Part shown: in pieces, positions 48,870-61,363 of the stretch
Layout of the letters: each line of letters starts with the position of its first letter
Numbering within the stretch: position 1 is the stretch's first letter
Source of the DNA: Centroscyllium fabricii
Lineage: Eukaryota
Reading direction: 5' to 3'
NCBI GenBank assembly: GCA_051313645.2
Contig: JBNRSN020000011.1
Span: forward strand, 119,660,001-119,724,000
Length of the DNA: 64,000 nucleotides
Translations under genes and position numbers: made by a program
The notes under the pieces: generated by a model
Told to the model about the DNA's origin: nothing
Databases searched by the model: none
The model's input: only the letters and a program-made list of their open reading frames with translations

Positions 48870-49400
48870 CAGGTTGAGCACCGTTAATCCGTGTCCCGAA
48901 TAGCCGGCAGCTTCAGTCTGCCGGCACAATTTGCCCCGACTGCACTGCGCATGCGCAAAATGGCAGCCCCCATCGTGGCTTCAGCGAATGATCTGCACAT
49001 GCGCCGAGCGCATGCGCAGATCATTCAAAACAGCTGCGGGTGTTTTGAATGATCTGCGCATGCGTCACCGGACGGTTAGCGCATGCGCAGATAATTCAAT
49101 ACGGCCGCCCGTTATTTTCTCGACAGCTGAGCCCCGTGACTGAGGCGGACAGTCACTAGGCAACAGTTGTCAGCCTGAGTCCCGCTCGGCGGCAGCAGCA
49201 ACCCCAAAGGCGATGGAGAGGGACGGCGGACCTGGGCCCGATCTGCGCATGCGCGCGCCAGCCAATCGCAATGCTGCGCGCATGCGCGTGGCCATTTTGA
49301 CTGGCGCGCATGCGCAGTGTCCAAACTCGTTCTCCCGGTTTTTTCCATTTCCCGGCACGGGCCTGGTCCCGCCCGTGCCCGATTAACGGTGCTCAACCTG
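48870..49400. mobile_element. Tc1/mariner-pogo (Tigger-like) MITE
   Basis: 20-bp perfect TIR CAGGTTGAGCACCGTTAATC; TA on both flanks. Confidence 0.9.
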
Positions 49401-49767
49401 TACTATGTAAGATACTAGTCTGGTAGAAATTGACTGCCAACTTGTAGGTAAAGGATCATTATTAATGAGAATAGATCCACATGGGACCAGATCTTGCGGT
49501 GAGTATTGTAGAGCTGTGTGTTGGAACTGTTGCTATCCACCATCTCCATAAATGGTGTGGATGAGGACATTAATGGAGCTGTTCACAACTTTAGATATAA
49601 CACAAAAATACACATGGAACTTATGAATTTAGATAAAATACAGTACAGGCTAATTTAGGAAGCAGTCCATGCATCTTCAATTGGGACAAATGAAATGATC
49701 CAAAAATTGCTGTCAGCAGTGTAGCTACGAAGTACGCCGCAGACCTACAAGAAGAGTGCGTACTTAC

Positions 49768-49941
49768 CTCGTGCAAGGCCCAGAACGGAGACTTCCTCTT
49801 TGGCATTGCAGTGCTGTGCGCAGCGTATGACATCAGGAAGGCCAGGAGTGCAGCGTACAGCCAATGCATAAGGGAAGACACGCCCATAAAGGCTATCAAA
49901 ACTACGCCACGTTTACAGAAACTTCTCTCAGCCTCTTCCAT
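49768..49941 (-). CDS. Candidate first coding exon of a host gene with a signal-peptide-like segment
   Basis: MGVSSLMHWLYAALLAFLMSYAAHSTA then MPKRKSPFWALHE, ending at consensus donor GAG|GTAAGT in phase 0; ATG at 49941 or 49887. Confidence 0.5.
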
Positions 49942-50065
49942 TGAAATTACATTTTAAAACCTTTTAAAAACACCTAAAAACGTTTAATTAAACTGGTACT
50001 TGGACGTATTTCATATATCAGCATTTTGTTTTATTTTTTTCATCCAAACTCAAATTTATTAAGCC

Positions 50066-50475
50066 GTAGGAGCAGGAGTAGGCCATTTGGCCCCTCGAGC
50101 CTGCTCCGCCATTCAATAAGATTATAGCTGATCTGATCTAGGCCTCAACTCCACTTCCTTGTCCACTCTCCATAACCCTTCACCCCCTTACCATTCAAAA
50201 TTCTGTCTATCTCCACCTTAAATATATTCAATGAAGAGCGCAGATATCTCAGGGGGTTGTGGGGTTGGAGGAAATTACAGAGATAGGGAGGGGTGAGACC
50301 ATGGAGGGATTTGAAAACAAGGAAGTGAATTTTGAAATTGAGGTGTTGCTTAACCGGGAGCCAGTGTAGGTCAGTGAGCAGAGGGGTGATGGGCGAACGG
50401 GACTTGGTGAGAGTTAGGACACGAGCAGCAGAGTTTAGATAACATCAAGTTTACATAGAGTAGAACGTGGGATGC
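50066..50475 (-). mobile_element. CR1 tail fragment (about 50066-50233) followed by an L2-like LINE fragment
   Basis: Reverse CR1 tail; reverse HITP.L..LHWLPV-type L2 motif. Confidence 0.7.
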
Positions 50476-51850
50476 CAGCCTCCCCCAGAATTCTCTTTAA
50501 CAGAGAGAGTCAAGCGTGGGTTTCCTCCGGGTGCTCCGGTTTCCTCCCATAGTCCAAAGATGTGTGGGTTAGGTTGATTGGCCATGATAAATTGACCCTT
50601 AGTGTTAGGGGGATTGAATATGTGGGGTTACGGGGATAAGGTGGGATATGTGTCGATATAGCGATCGAGGGATATGGGGAGGGGGCAGGGGCGGGGCACT
50701 GGGTTTGGATGATCAGCCATGATCTCATTGAATGGCGGAGCAGGCTCGAAGGGCCGAATGGCCTACTCCTGCTCCTAGTTTCTATGTTTCTATGTACAGG
50801 TGGCTTGACTAGATGACCAGAGCAGCTGTAGTATCCGTGCGTTGGAGGCTACGGAGTGCTCTGGGGACTGGTAGGCTGTAGGGCTGGTAGGCAGGTCGGC
50901 TGGTCGGCTGGCGGACTGACGGGTTGACCGGCAAGCGGCGTGGCAGGCTGGCAGGCGGGTGGACTGTCATGCGGCTGAAGTGCTGCAGGCGGTTTTCTGC
51001 GCCTCGGCGGTAGTGCTGTCTGTACCGGGGAGTCGAGATCCAGGTGTGCCGGCTTGAGACGGTCCACCGAGACGTGGTCTGGCTTGCCACCGATGTCCAG
51101 GGTGAAGGTCTTCTCGCCTGCTTCCAAGACATAGAAGGGTCCAGTGTATGGGGCCTGAAGAAGGTCCTTGTGTGTATCCTGGCGCACAAAAACGTAATCC
51201 ACCTGCTGCAGATCCTTCGGCACGTGGGAGTGCTGGAACCCATGCTGCGATGTGGGGACCGGGCGGAACCGTCTGGCTGCTTCCGGATGTAGAGACAGCT
51301 GTGCGGGGGCAGACCAAGGCTCTGTGGTGGTAGGGAGGAACTCGCCGGGAACTCTGAGGGGTTACCGTAGACTAGCTCGGCAGAGGAGGAGTTGAGGCCT
51401 TTCTTTGGCACCGTGCGAAGTCCCAGCAGGACCCAAGGCAACTTGTCTATCCAGCAGGCATCCTGTAGGCTGGCCCTCAGGGAGGCCTTCATTGATCTGT
51501 GAAAACATTCACAGAGGTCGTTCGCCTGTGGATGGTAGGCGGTGGTTCTATGAAGCTTCGTTCCTAGCCCCTGAATGACGAAGTTCCAAAGTTGTGACGT
51601 GAATTGTGGACCCCTGTCTGATGAGATGTCGGCAGGGACGCCGAGTCTGGCCACCCATGCTGCCAGGAATGCCATGGCAATATCTGCCGCGGTGGTGGAG
51701 GTTAGTGGGACCGCCTCCAGCCATCTCGTGGTGCGGTCCATCATACTTAGGATGTGTGAGTAGCATTGTGATGGTGGAAGTGGGCCCAGCAAGTCCACAG
51801 GGACGTGGTCAAATTTCGCTCAGGCACAGTAAAAGTGGCGAGTGGTGCTT
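50476..51850 (-). mobile_element. CsRn1-like Gypsy integrase fragment with PPT, interrupted by a SINE
   Basis: [39 protein letters not shown]. Confidence 0.85.
50513..50794 (+). mobile_element. 5'-truncated HE1-type V-SINE
   Basis: Closely matches 467-755. Confidence 0.9.
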
Positions 51851-51892
51851 TGTTTCTGTTCCTGGGACTAGGGACAGGGTCACTGGCAAGGC

Positions 51893-52127
51893 TTGGAAGC
51901 TAAGCAGAGCCAGGCCTGATTAGTACTTGGATGGGTGACCACCAGGTGCAGAAGGTCACAAAAGGAGCCCCGGGGAGGGGCGGTTGGCTGAAGATTGTCG
52001 GAATGATGGAAAGATGGAATGGCAGCGCGCACAGATGCAACGGCTTTGCTGGACTCTTGGGAGCTTGCAAGATCACATTTCCTTGTTCATGTACTTGTAC
52101 ATTGTATAATGAAAATAAAGTTGAATT
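51893..52127 (+). mobile_element. Candidate 5S rRNA-derived SINE with a Rex1-like tail
   Basis: GGAAGCTAAGCAG...GGCCTGATTAGTACTTGGATGGGTGACC resembles the 5S internal control region; tail resembles 6231-6310. Confidence 0.55.
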
Positions 52128-52955
52128 ATTGGGCCAGAAATTCCAGTCTGCCCATATCGGGTTTAAGTTCTGGTGCGAGCGTTCTAAAAGAAATATTTCA
52201 TTAGATATAAAGTGAGCGGTGACAGGTATACGTTACAGTTGAAGATAAATAAAGCAACTGTTGCAATGCCAAAAAGACATTAGAAACAAGGGTTGTGGAC
52301 AGGTGTCCTAGCGATGGTACAGCTTCATTCACTTATGTCAGAAAGCAGAAAACAATTTATGACTGAACAGGCCCTTTGAGAGATTTAACAGGCCAAGTTA
52401 AGTATGAGAATCAGGAAATGGCTTTAATGCTAAATGGATATGTTTCACCTGTTTTCACTATTGATGGTGATGCTAAGGTGTCAGTGGTGCCGGATAGGGG
52501 TACTGCTAAAATTAATTCCAAATAAAGTCAATGCAGAAATATTTTTAGCTAGGCTTAAAGCATTCAAGGCTGAGCAACCTGCTGGACCTGCTGCCATTTT
52601 CCCACGAATGATGAAAGAAATTGAAGCGCCAGTGATGTGAAGAAATAAGCCATATAACCTGAGACTGGTGTCGGGAGTGGTGAGACCGGAGACACGGTGA
52701 GTATTTAAACTCACTTTCGCTGGCTTTCTTTGCAGAGGCTGGTGTCAGGAGTAGTGAGTCCAGAGACCTGGTGAGTATTTAAACTCACTTTTGCGGGCTT
52801 TCTTTGCAGAGGCTTACCAATCTCAGAGCTCTGAGAACGGGAGAGAGAAGTAAAAAGTAATCGAAGTGTGACGTCACCAGAAAGCAGGTAAGTGATTGGT
52901 TGGAGGGTATTTCTCTCTTTCTCGTTTTTTCCAAACTTAAATTTTGTGTTTTATC

Positions 52956-53723
52956 GGGGCCTGAATTGGTCAGCGCACGTTTTCTGGCGCTGACCTCGGT
53001 GCAGCGCTATTTTTAGCACCTGGCAATAGGTAGCGCAGTTAGGGCTAAAATTCGCCTATAGCGCCCATAATAGGAGGGCAGGTGCTAAAACACATGCCCG
53101 CCCTCATTCTTAGGGCACTGCAGCCGAAGTTCCGGGCGCTAGAGGTCACAGCGACACACAGCGCAGAGTGGCGGCCCGTGGTACTGCAGGCCTTCCTCCC
53201 CGATTAAAGGGCAGGGGCCTAGCACGGCTGTGACTGGAGCCCCGTGGGGCCGCCGTGGGATGGCATTGACCACAAGGAGCCCGGCGCTGGAGGGAAGTGG
53301 CGGGCTCAGTTGCCGGAGGCCTGACAACGTGGGGGGAGCAGCGGGGGAGGCCAGGGGAAGCAGAGGGGGAAGGTGCTGGCAGTCAGCCAGCAATAAAAAT
53401 GGCCAACCAGCACCCTCCCCTTTAAACAGCACTCCCCCACTGCTGTAACGGCCAGAAAAAGCTGGTGCGGGCAGCGCCCAGCGAAACCTCAGCAGGCACT
53501 GCCCAATTTCGGTCGTGGGCACCAGAATGGCACCAGTGCGATGTGATGACATCATTCCCGTCGGCCAGCTGGGTGAGAAATTCAGTAGGGCACTATCGGT
53601 TACCGCCCACCTTAGCACCCCACTGAATTTCACGCTAGGCGCAAGCGCTGGCGCTAAGTGTCCTGCACCCCATTAGCGCCCTGGGCGCTAACGGGCAGAT
53701 GCAGGACAGCCAATTTCAAGCCC
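52956..53723. mobile_element. Harbinger-like MITE, copy 2
   Basis: Colinear with 2295-3002; ends GGGGCCTGAATTGG / CCAATTTCAAGCCC. Confidence 0.78.
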
Positions 53724-53754
53724 ATAGTTTCGAGGGTCTCTGTTGTGCAGCGGG

Positions 53755-54584
53755 TGTTAACTCCGTGTTATCTAGTAAGAATAACGACAGACTAGACTCA
53801 AAGGTACGAAACCAAAGAGATGTTTATTCTGCATTACAGAATCTGGAACTGCCCGTATCGCTCCTCGCTTGAACTTATATACAGCAGTAGTGAACCACGG
53901 TACTGTAATATCCTGGCACTACATAAAGTAGTGCCCAGTATAAGCCGTATTGGGACATACACCACATTCCTCCCCTCTTAATTAACCTTTACGGTACAAC
54001 AATCAGTATATGGGGAGGAAAAACAAAACTATTTATACATATCACATATTTACAATTTATAGATTCAGTTTCTGTGGAGGTCGGCAGTCTCTCGTTGGGT
54101 ACCGCCTTCTGGCGGCCGGCGTGGAAAGTCTCTGCTGGCTCACCATCCATGTCTGCCTCCGAGGGGCCTTCGTCTGGCGCCTCCTCAGCTGGTGTATTGT
54201 CGTAGGACATTGTCCTTTCAGTTGACACCGTTGATTGGGGCAAATCAGTGTTGGCTACCGTAGCCTTTACAATTTGGTCAGCGTGTTGTCTGACTTGACA
54301 CTCAGATGTGACCACTGTATATGATAATGGCCCTTGTCGATGGCTGATTGTTCCAGCCTGCCATTTATTGTGCCTATAGTCTCTGATTAATACATCTTGG
54401 CCCTCATCAAATCTTCTGGTTTCCCAGTCAGAAGCCTTTCGGAATATCCTATTTTCGACATCCCGTCGAATATTTGGTTGCAGCAGATCTAGTCGGTTAC
54501 GCAATCTCCTGTTGAAAAATAAGACTGCCGGAGTCTGGTTAGTCATTGTATGAGCAACGTTCCTATAAGCAAAGAGAAAGTTGA
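53755..54584 (-). mobile_element. Mag-like Gypsy 3' end (LTR 53755-53966, PPT, integrase C-terminus)
   Basis: Paralogous to 26091-27190; cut off by the next Gypsy. Confidence 0.88.
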
Positions 54585-57500
54585 TGTAATAATGGAGTCT
54601 GATACATCAATAACTTAAAGCAAAGCTTTAATCCACTACATTATCACTATGTACAAAGATGGGTTTTACCATGCTTCCAGGTGAAGCTTTCTCCCCATAC
54701 TGAGCAGTTCCAGTATTTATAGTAATAGGAAACAGGAAGTGACATGTACAGAGTTCACCCCTTAGTCTTCCCCCGGAAGTCTGTTCAATATTACCACATT
54801 CTTCCCTCCTGCAACATTAAAAGGCGGGAATCTTCTTTTTATTCCGAAGTAGCTGAACAAGGAGGAGTCGCACCCATTTGAGTTCTCGTTGCTGGGTTGA
54901 TGGTCTGTCCCTATGGACAATGTCTGGGTCTCTGGACCGTCTATCTGCTGTTGGCCACGGGTCAGAACCTGCCTGGCCTGGATTATCCTGTGAAGGGTCG
55001 GGGAGATCATGGCTCCGCGTACGAGCTCCAATAGGTGCAGAACTGGTTTGTCCCTGGTCAGGGGAAGGCACAGAGCTGGTCTGCGGCCAATTGGCACTTT
55101 GGCGTGAGGCACCGGGAGGATCATGACTCCGTGTACGAGCCCCCATGTGCTCAGAGTCGGTTGGTGTCTGGTCAGTGTCCTGGAAAGAGGTACTTGGTGG
55201 GTCGTAACTTCGAGTGTGGGATTTGACCGGTGCAAAGCTAGTTGGTGTCAGATCCGGGTCCTGGAGAGTGGTACCCGGTGGGTCCCTGGAGGCCCCTGGT
55301 AGGATATTATCTCTTAGCATCCCTCTAGGTCCTGGTGGGCAGGGTGCCAGGTCCCGCAATCATACGGTAGACTCTCGACCGTCGGGATATCTTATGTAGG
55401 CATAGGTAGGGTTGGCATCAGTTAGTTCGACCTCATCTATGAGAGGGTCATTTTTAGATGTCCGAACATATCTTCGGAGCAGTACGGGTCCCGGAGTAGT
55501 TAGCCATGATGGAATAGATGCCCCATCAGATGAGCGACGCTGGAATCCAAAGAACCGTTCATGAGGTGTAGTATTTGTGGCTGTAGACAGAAGGGACCAT
55601 ATAGAGTGTAATGCATCCGGAAGCACTGCTTCCCATTGCTGGATTGGTAGGCTCTGAGATTTTAAAGCAAGCCGTACGGAATTCCAGATGATTCCGTTAT
55701 ATCTCTCTACCTGTCCATTCCCGATAGGATGGTATGGTGTCGTTTTGCTTGTTGCAATTCCCCGTTCTGAGAGGTAGTCCTTCAGTTCGCTTGACATAAA
55801 AGATGGACCCCGATCTGAGTGAATGTAGGCCGCCATGTCACAAAGAGAAAATACTTGCTCAAGGCAGTTGATTACAGTGGATGCCAGCATATTGGAGCAG
55901 GGGAAGGCAAACGGAAATCGTGAATATTCATCGATCATTGTGAGCAGATATGTGTTCCGTGTTGAAGAGGGCAATGGGCCCTTGAGGTCGACGCTAAGTC
56001 GTTGCATCGGTTGAGTTGCGTGTATGAGCGTACCATCTGGGGGCCGGAAGAACTGAGGTTTCAATTCTGCACAAGTTCGGCATTTGGAGCACATTTTCTT
56101 TATATCTCCAGTAGAAAATGGGACATTCCGTGATCGCACGAAATGTAACATGCGAGTCACGCCAGGATGACACAATCCATCATGGATGTCTATGAGAGTA
56201 GAGGATGAAATAGCAGAGCAGAATGCTCGTGTGAAGGTATCCGGGGCCACATTCTCTTTGCCAGGTCGATAGTGAATGGTGTAACCAAAAGAGGCCAATT
56301 CCATCCTCCAAAGCTGTATTTTATTGTTCTTAATTTTAGTTCGCTTTCGATTATCGAGCATGAAGGCGACTGATCGCTGGTCCGTGATTAATGTAAAGTG
56401 CCGGCGAGCTAGGAAATGGTTCCACTTCCATACTGCCTCTATGATGGCTGTGGCTTCCTTCTCAACCGGAGGATAATGTATCTCAGCACCTTGTAAGGTC
56501 CTGGACATGAATGCTACAGGACGGCTTTCTTGATTTAGAGTAGCTGAGATCGCCACCTCCGAGGCATCACATTCGACTACGAAAGGGAAGTCCTCATTGA
56601 TGGAGTGAAGAGTTGCTTTCTCCAACTGTTTCTTGAGAAGGTTAAAGGCTGCAACAGCCACTGTTCTCAACGGAAATGTTCTAGCATTCAGCAAGGGCTG
56701 AATTTTATCTGAAAAATTCGGAATCCATTTAGCGTAGTATACAAACAGACCAAGGGCCCGACGTAAAGAAGCCAGATTGTTAGGTGGAGGGAGCTCCTGG
56801 AGCGGGCAAAGTCTTTCCGGGTCTGGTTTAATGATACCATTGCCTACGCAGTAGCCAAGAATGTTGATGGTCGGTTGCGACTCCACAGATTTGGATTCAT
56901 TTAAAGTTAAGTTACGGTGATGGAGAGAATCCCGAAATCTTTGGAGGTTGGCATCATGTTCCTGCTGGTCGTGGCCTGCAACCGTAATGTTATCAAGGTA
57001 GGGAAAAGTATCCCTTAAGTTTTCCTGCTCAACGAGGCCATCCATTGCCCGTTGGAAGACAGCCACTCCATTAGTGACCCCGAATGGGAGGCGACAAAAT
57101 TGATATAGCCCTCCATTAGCCTCAAAGGCCGTGTACTTCTTATCTGAGGCCCGTAGGTGTAAGGGTTCGGTTTGAACCCAATTGCAGAACACCGGAGTCT
57201 GTCTATTAGAAATAAAGTGCTTTATTCCTAAGTATCAAAACATGCAAATATCTCAATATACAGAGAGCATTAATCACAGTGCAATAACAATGAATGAAAT
57301 AGTCAAATATCCCGAGTGCCGGTAAACAGCAGTTCAAAAGTCCAAACCCAAGTTCAGGTGGTTGTAGTAACAAGGCCCAAAGCCTGGTGCAGAAGTACTC
57401 CCAGTAATCCACAGTCCAGAGGAGATGACTCCTTGTTCCGAGTACAGCAAGTAATCCAACTCGACAGAAAACTGGTAATCCAAAAACGACTGGAATAGAA

Positions 57501-57820
57501 CTCAATATGATATACCAAATAACAGGATTCAGAAACACTGAACACTTCAACAAGTGACATGAGAAATAACAATCCGACAAGGCCAAAAGGCCAGCAGGTG
57601 GTTTATATCTAGCTCAAGTTAAACAGTATGCTAGGAGTTGACCAATCAGATGTGAATACATAACAACAGGTAATAATCCAATAACTGAAAGAAGCCTAGA
57701 GATTTAAAGCGACAGTCCACCCATGACAGAACCCCCCCCTTAAGGGACGACACCTGACGTCCCCAAAAGCCCAAACAGCCGGAAAACGGGTGGGCGGGGG
57801 GGGTGGTTGAGGAGGAGGAA

Positions 57821-60800
57821 CTAACAATCCTCGGGTCCCTCATCAATGGCCATCTCCTCATCGGATTGAAAAGAATCCTCCTGCTCCACCGATTCAGGAC
57901 CCTCGCAATCAGATGCCACATTATCGTCCAGGGCCTCCTGAATCAGAATGGGGTCGAAAACCTGTCCAGACCTCCTAGGAACCGCCTTCCCTTTTTTCGG
58001 TTGACCAGGGTGTTGCTTGCGAAACTCAGAAATGAGCCTAGGATCCATAATATTACGAGCAGGAACCCAGGACCTCTCCTCCGGACCATACCCCTCCCAG
58101 TCCACTAGGTACTGAAGTCCCCTCCCTCGACGACGGGAGTCAAGTAAACGACGGACCGTGTATACTAATCCACCGTCGAGCATACGAGGAGGTGGAGGAG
58201 GTGCGGCAACGGGTACCAAGGTACTCTCCCGAGCAGGCTTGATGCGCGACACGTGAAAAGTCGGGTGGACCCGCATGGAACTGGGGAGCTTGAGTCTCAC
58301 CGCAGCAGGGTTTATGATTCTTTGCACCTCGAAGGGTCCGATAAACCGGGGAGCGAGTTTCTTTGACTCAATTTGTAGAGGCAGATCCCTTGTGGAGAGC
58401 CAAACCTTCTGCCCAACCCGATACTCCGGAGCTTTAGAACGACGACGGTTGGCCGAAGCCGAGTATCGATCCGCCGAGCGAAGCAGCGACATCCGCGCCT
58501 GATCCCATGTCCTGTGACATCGTTGAATGAAGTCTTGGACGGACGGACAAGATACTTCCTTCTCCAGGTCCGGAAACAATGGAGGCTGGAAACCATAAGC
58601 GCACTGAAAAGGCGAAAGTCCTGTAGCGGAGCTGGTCAGCGTATTGTGCGCATACTCCACCCATAATAGTAATTGGGACCAGGAAGAGGGATTTTTGGAG
58701 ACCATGCACCGAAGTGCCTTCTCCATCTCCTGATTCATCCTCTCCGATTGTCCATTGGACTGAGGATGGAATCCCGACGACAGACTGACCGTGGCCCTGA
58801 TAAGACTACAGGATTCCCTCCAGAATATAGATGTAAATTGGGGCCCCCGATCGGAAACCACATCCACTGGAAGCCCATGAAGCCGAAACACGTGCTGCAA
58901 CATGAGTTCCGCTGTTTCTTTAGCAGAGGGCAGCTTAGGTAAGGGTATGAAATGTGCCATTTTACTGAATCTGTCAACCACCGTCAGAACCGTGGTCAGT
59001 CCCTTGGACGAGGGTAGTCCTGTGACGAAGTCCAGGGCTATGTGTGACCAAGGACGATGTGGTATAGGTAACGGTTGCAGAAGGCCAGCAGGAGCCCGAC
59101 GAGAAGACTTGTGCTGGTTACAAACTGGACAGGCATTGACGAACTCCCGAGTGTCCTCCTCCAGCGTGTCCCACCAGAACCTCTGCAAAATCACCTCCTT
59201 GGTCCTGGGTGCCCCAGGATGGCAGGACAACTTGGACGCATGAGCCCACAGAAGGACATCAGATCAAATGTTCACGGGTACAAACAAACGGTCGGGGGGA
59301 CAACCGCTGGGCCCACCCTGATCCCCCGCAGCTGCTCTTACCCTCTCTTCGATCTCCCATGTGACCGCAGCAATAAGACAGGAGGCTGGCAAAATGAGGT
59401 CCGATCCTGGAGCGGAACCCTCATCCTTCAGAAATAGGCGTGATAGAGCATCGGGCTTGACGTTGCGGGAGCCAGGCCTGTAGGAGAGAGTGAAGTTAAA
59501 TCTTGTAAAAAAGAGAGACCATCTAGCCTGACATGAGTTTAGTCTCTTAGCCGTACGTATGTATTCTAAATTCTTGTGGTCAGTCCAAACAAGAAACGGC
59601 AGCTTGGTCCCCTCCAGCCAGTGGCACCACTCCTCTAAGGCCATCTTGACCGCCAGCAATTCCCGGTCTCCGATATCGTAATTCATTTCCGCCGGAGACA
59701 GGCGCTTGGAGAAGAAGGCACATGGATGAATCTTCTGGTCAGAAACCGACCTCTGAGATAAGATGGCTCCAACTCCCACATCAGATGCATCTACCTCTAC
59801 GACGAACTGTCGATCCGGATCAGGTACCTGAAGAATGGGAGCAGAAGTAAATTGGGACCTAAGTTCCTTAAACGCCTCCTCAGCAGCGATAGACCACCTG
59901 AATGGCACCTTAGATGAGGTAAGCGCCGATAATGGTGCTGCTACCGTACTATAGCCGCGAATAAATTTTCGGTAAAAATTTGCAAACCCCAGAAACCGTT
60001 GTAGTTGCTTGCGAGTCCCCGGACTGGGCCAAGACGTAACGGCTGTCACCTTCTCAGGGTCCATTCGCACGCTCCCCTGCGCAATAATATAACCCAGGAA
60101 GGAGACGGTGGATACATGAAACTCGCATTTCTCAGCCTTAACAAATAAGGAGTTTTCCAGGAGTCTTTGTAAGACCGTCTGAACGTGATGGACATGCTCC
60201 TCCTGAGTTTTCGAAAATATCAGGATATCATCCATATAAACAAATACAAAGATATTTAGCATGTCCCGAAGGACGTCGTTGACCAGGGCCTGAAATACCG
60301 CCGGGGCGTTGGTTAACCCGAACGGCATAACGAGATACTCGTAATGTCCAGAAGGAGTGTTGAAGGCGGTCGTCCACTCATCGCCCTCCCGTATCCGGAC
60401 CAGATGGTACGCGTTGCGAAGATCTAACTTAGAGAAGATGGTTGCTCCCTGAATCAACTCAAACGCTGAAGAGATAAGAGGCAGAGGGTACCGATTCTTG
60501 ATAGTAATCTCGTTTAGCCCTCTATAATCAATACAAGGTCGGAGCGAACCGTCTTTTTTCCCTACGAAAAAGAATCCAGCCCCCGCTGGTGATGAGGAAG
60601 AACGGATGATCCCAGCTGACATTGAGTCTTCGATATAGGTCTCCATGGCCTTCCTCTCAGGTGCAGATAGTGAATACAGGTGCCCCCTAGGTGGGGAAGA
60701 GCCTGGCAACAATTCAATTGCACAATCGTAGGGGCGATGTGGAGGTAGCGAAGTGGCTCTAGCCTTACTAAACACCTCCCCAAAATCGTGATACTCGGTG

Positions 60801-61363
60801 GGGACCGCAGAAAGATCAGAAATGGGAAGAGGTGTGACAGACTGACGGATTACAGTAGCTTGTTTTAAACAGACCTGGTGACAGGAGTGACTCCAACCCA
60901 AAATGGCTCCCGTGTTCCAGTCGATGTGGGGATTGTGACGACGAAGCCACGCGTGTCCCAGAATAAGGGGAAGCTGGGGCGAATCCAGGATATGAAAACG
61001 AATGCTCTCATGATGATTTCCTGACAACAATAAATGGATGGGCGACGTTTGATGAGTCACCGTTCCCAGGAGGTGGCCATCAAGAGCGTTGGCAGAAACC
61101 GGTTGCGGCAGTGGACACCGGTCGATCCCCAATTGTGTAACCAGCTCCTCATCAATAATATTGACATCCGCTCCCGAGTCGATGAATATGGCGAACGTCC
61201 GAGATCCTGAAGGCAGAAGAAGTCGGGCCTGGCACAAGGGTCGTGAATTAGAAGAGAGTCTAGTCGGAGTTCGGCTCACCAGTACGACTCCCTCTACTGG
61301 TGAGTCTGGTCTTTTACCGGACACTGGAAGACAAAATGGCCGGCCTGACCACAGTATAGGCAT
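57821..61363 (-). CDS. pol (protease-RT-RNase H-integrase-chromodomain) with one in-frame TGA at 59264-59266
   Basis: IDSGA, YMDD, VDAS, SDRGPQF, GPF, chromodomain [17 protein letters not shown]; the two ORFs share a frame. Confidence 0.93.

Noticed and set aside
51893-51943. Functional 5S rRNA gene
   Set aside because: Only about 50 nt, diverged, lacking both ends
57206-57586. 126-aa hydrophobic ORF as an env-like gene
   Set aside because: Entirely inside the LTR, duplicated at 62317-62697, non-ATG start, no env motifs
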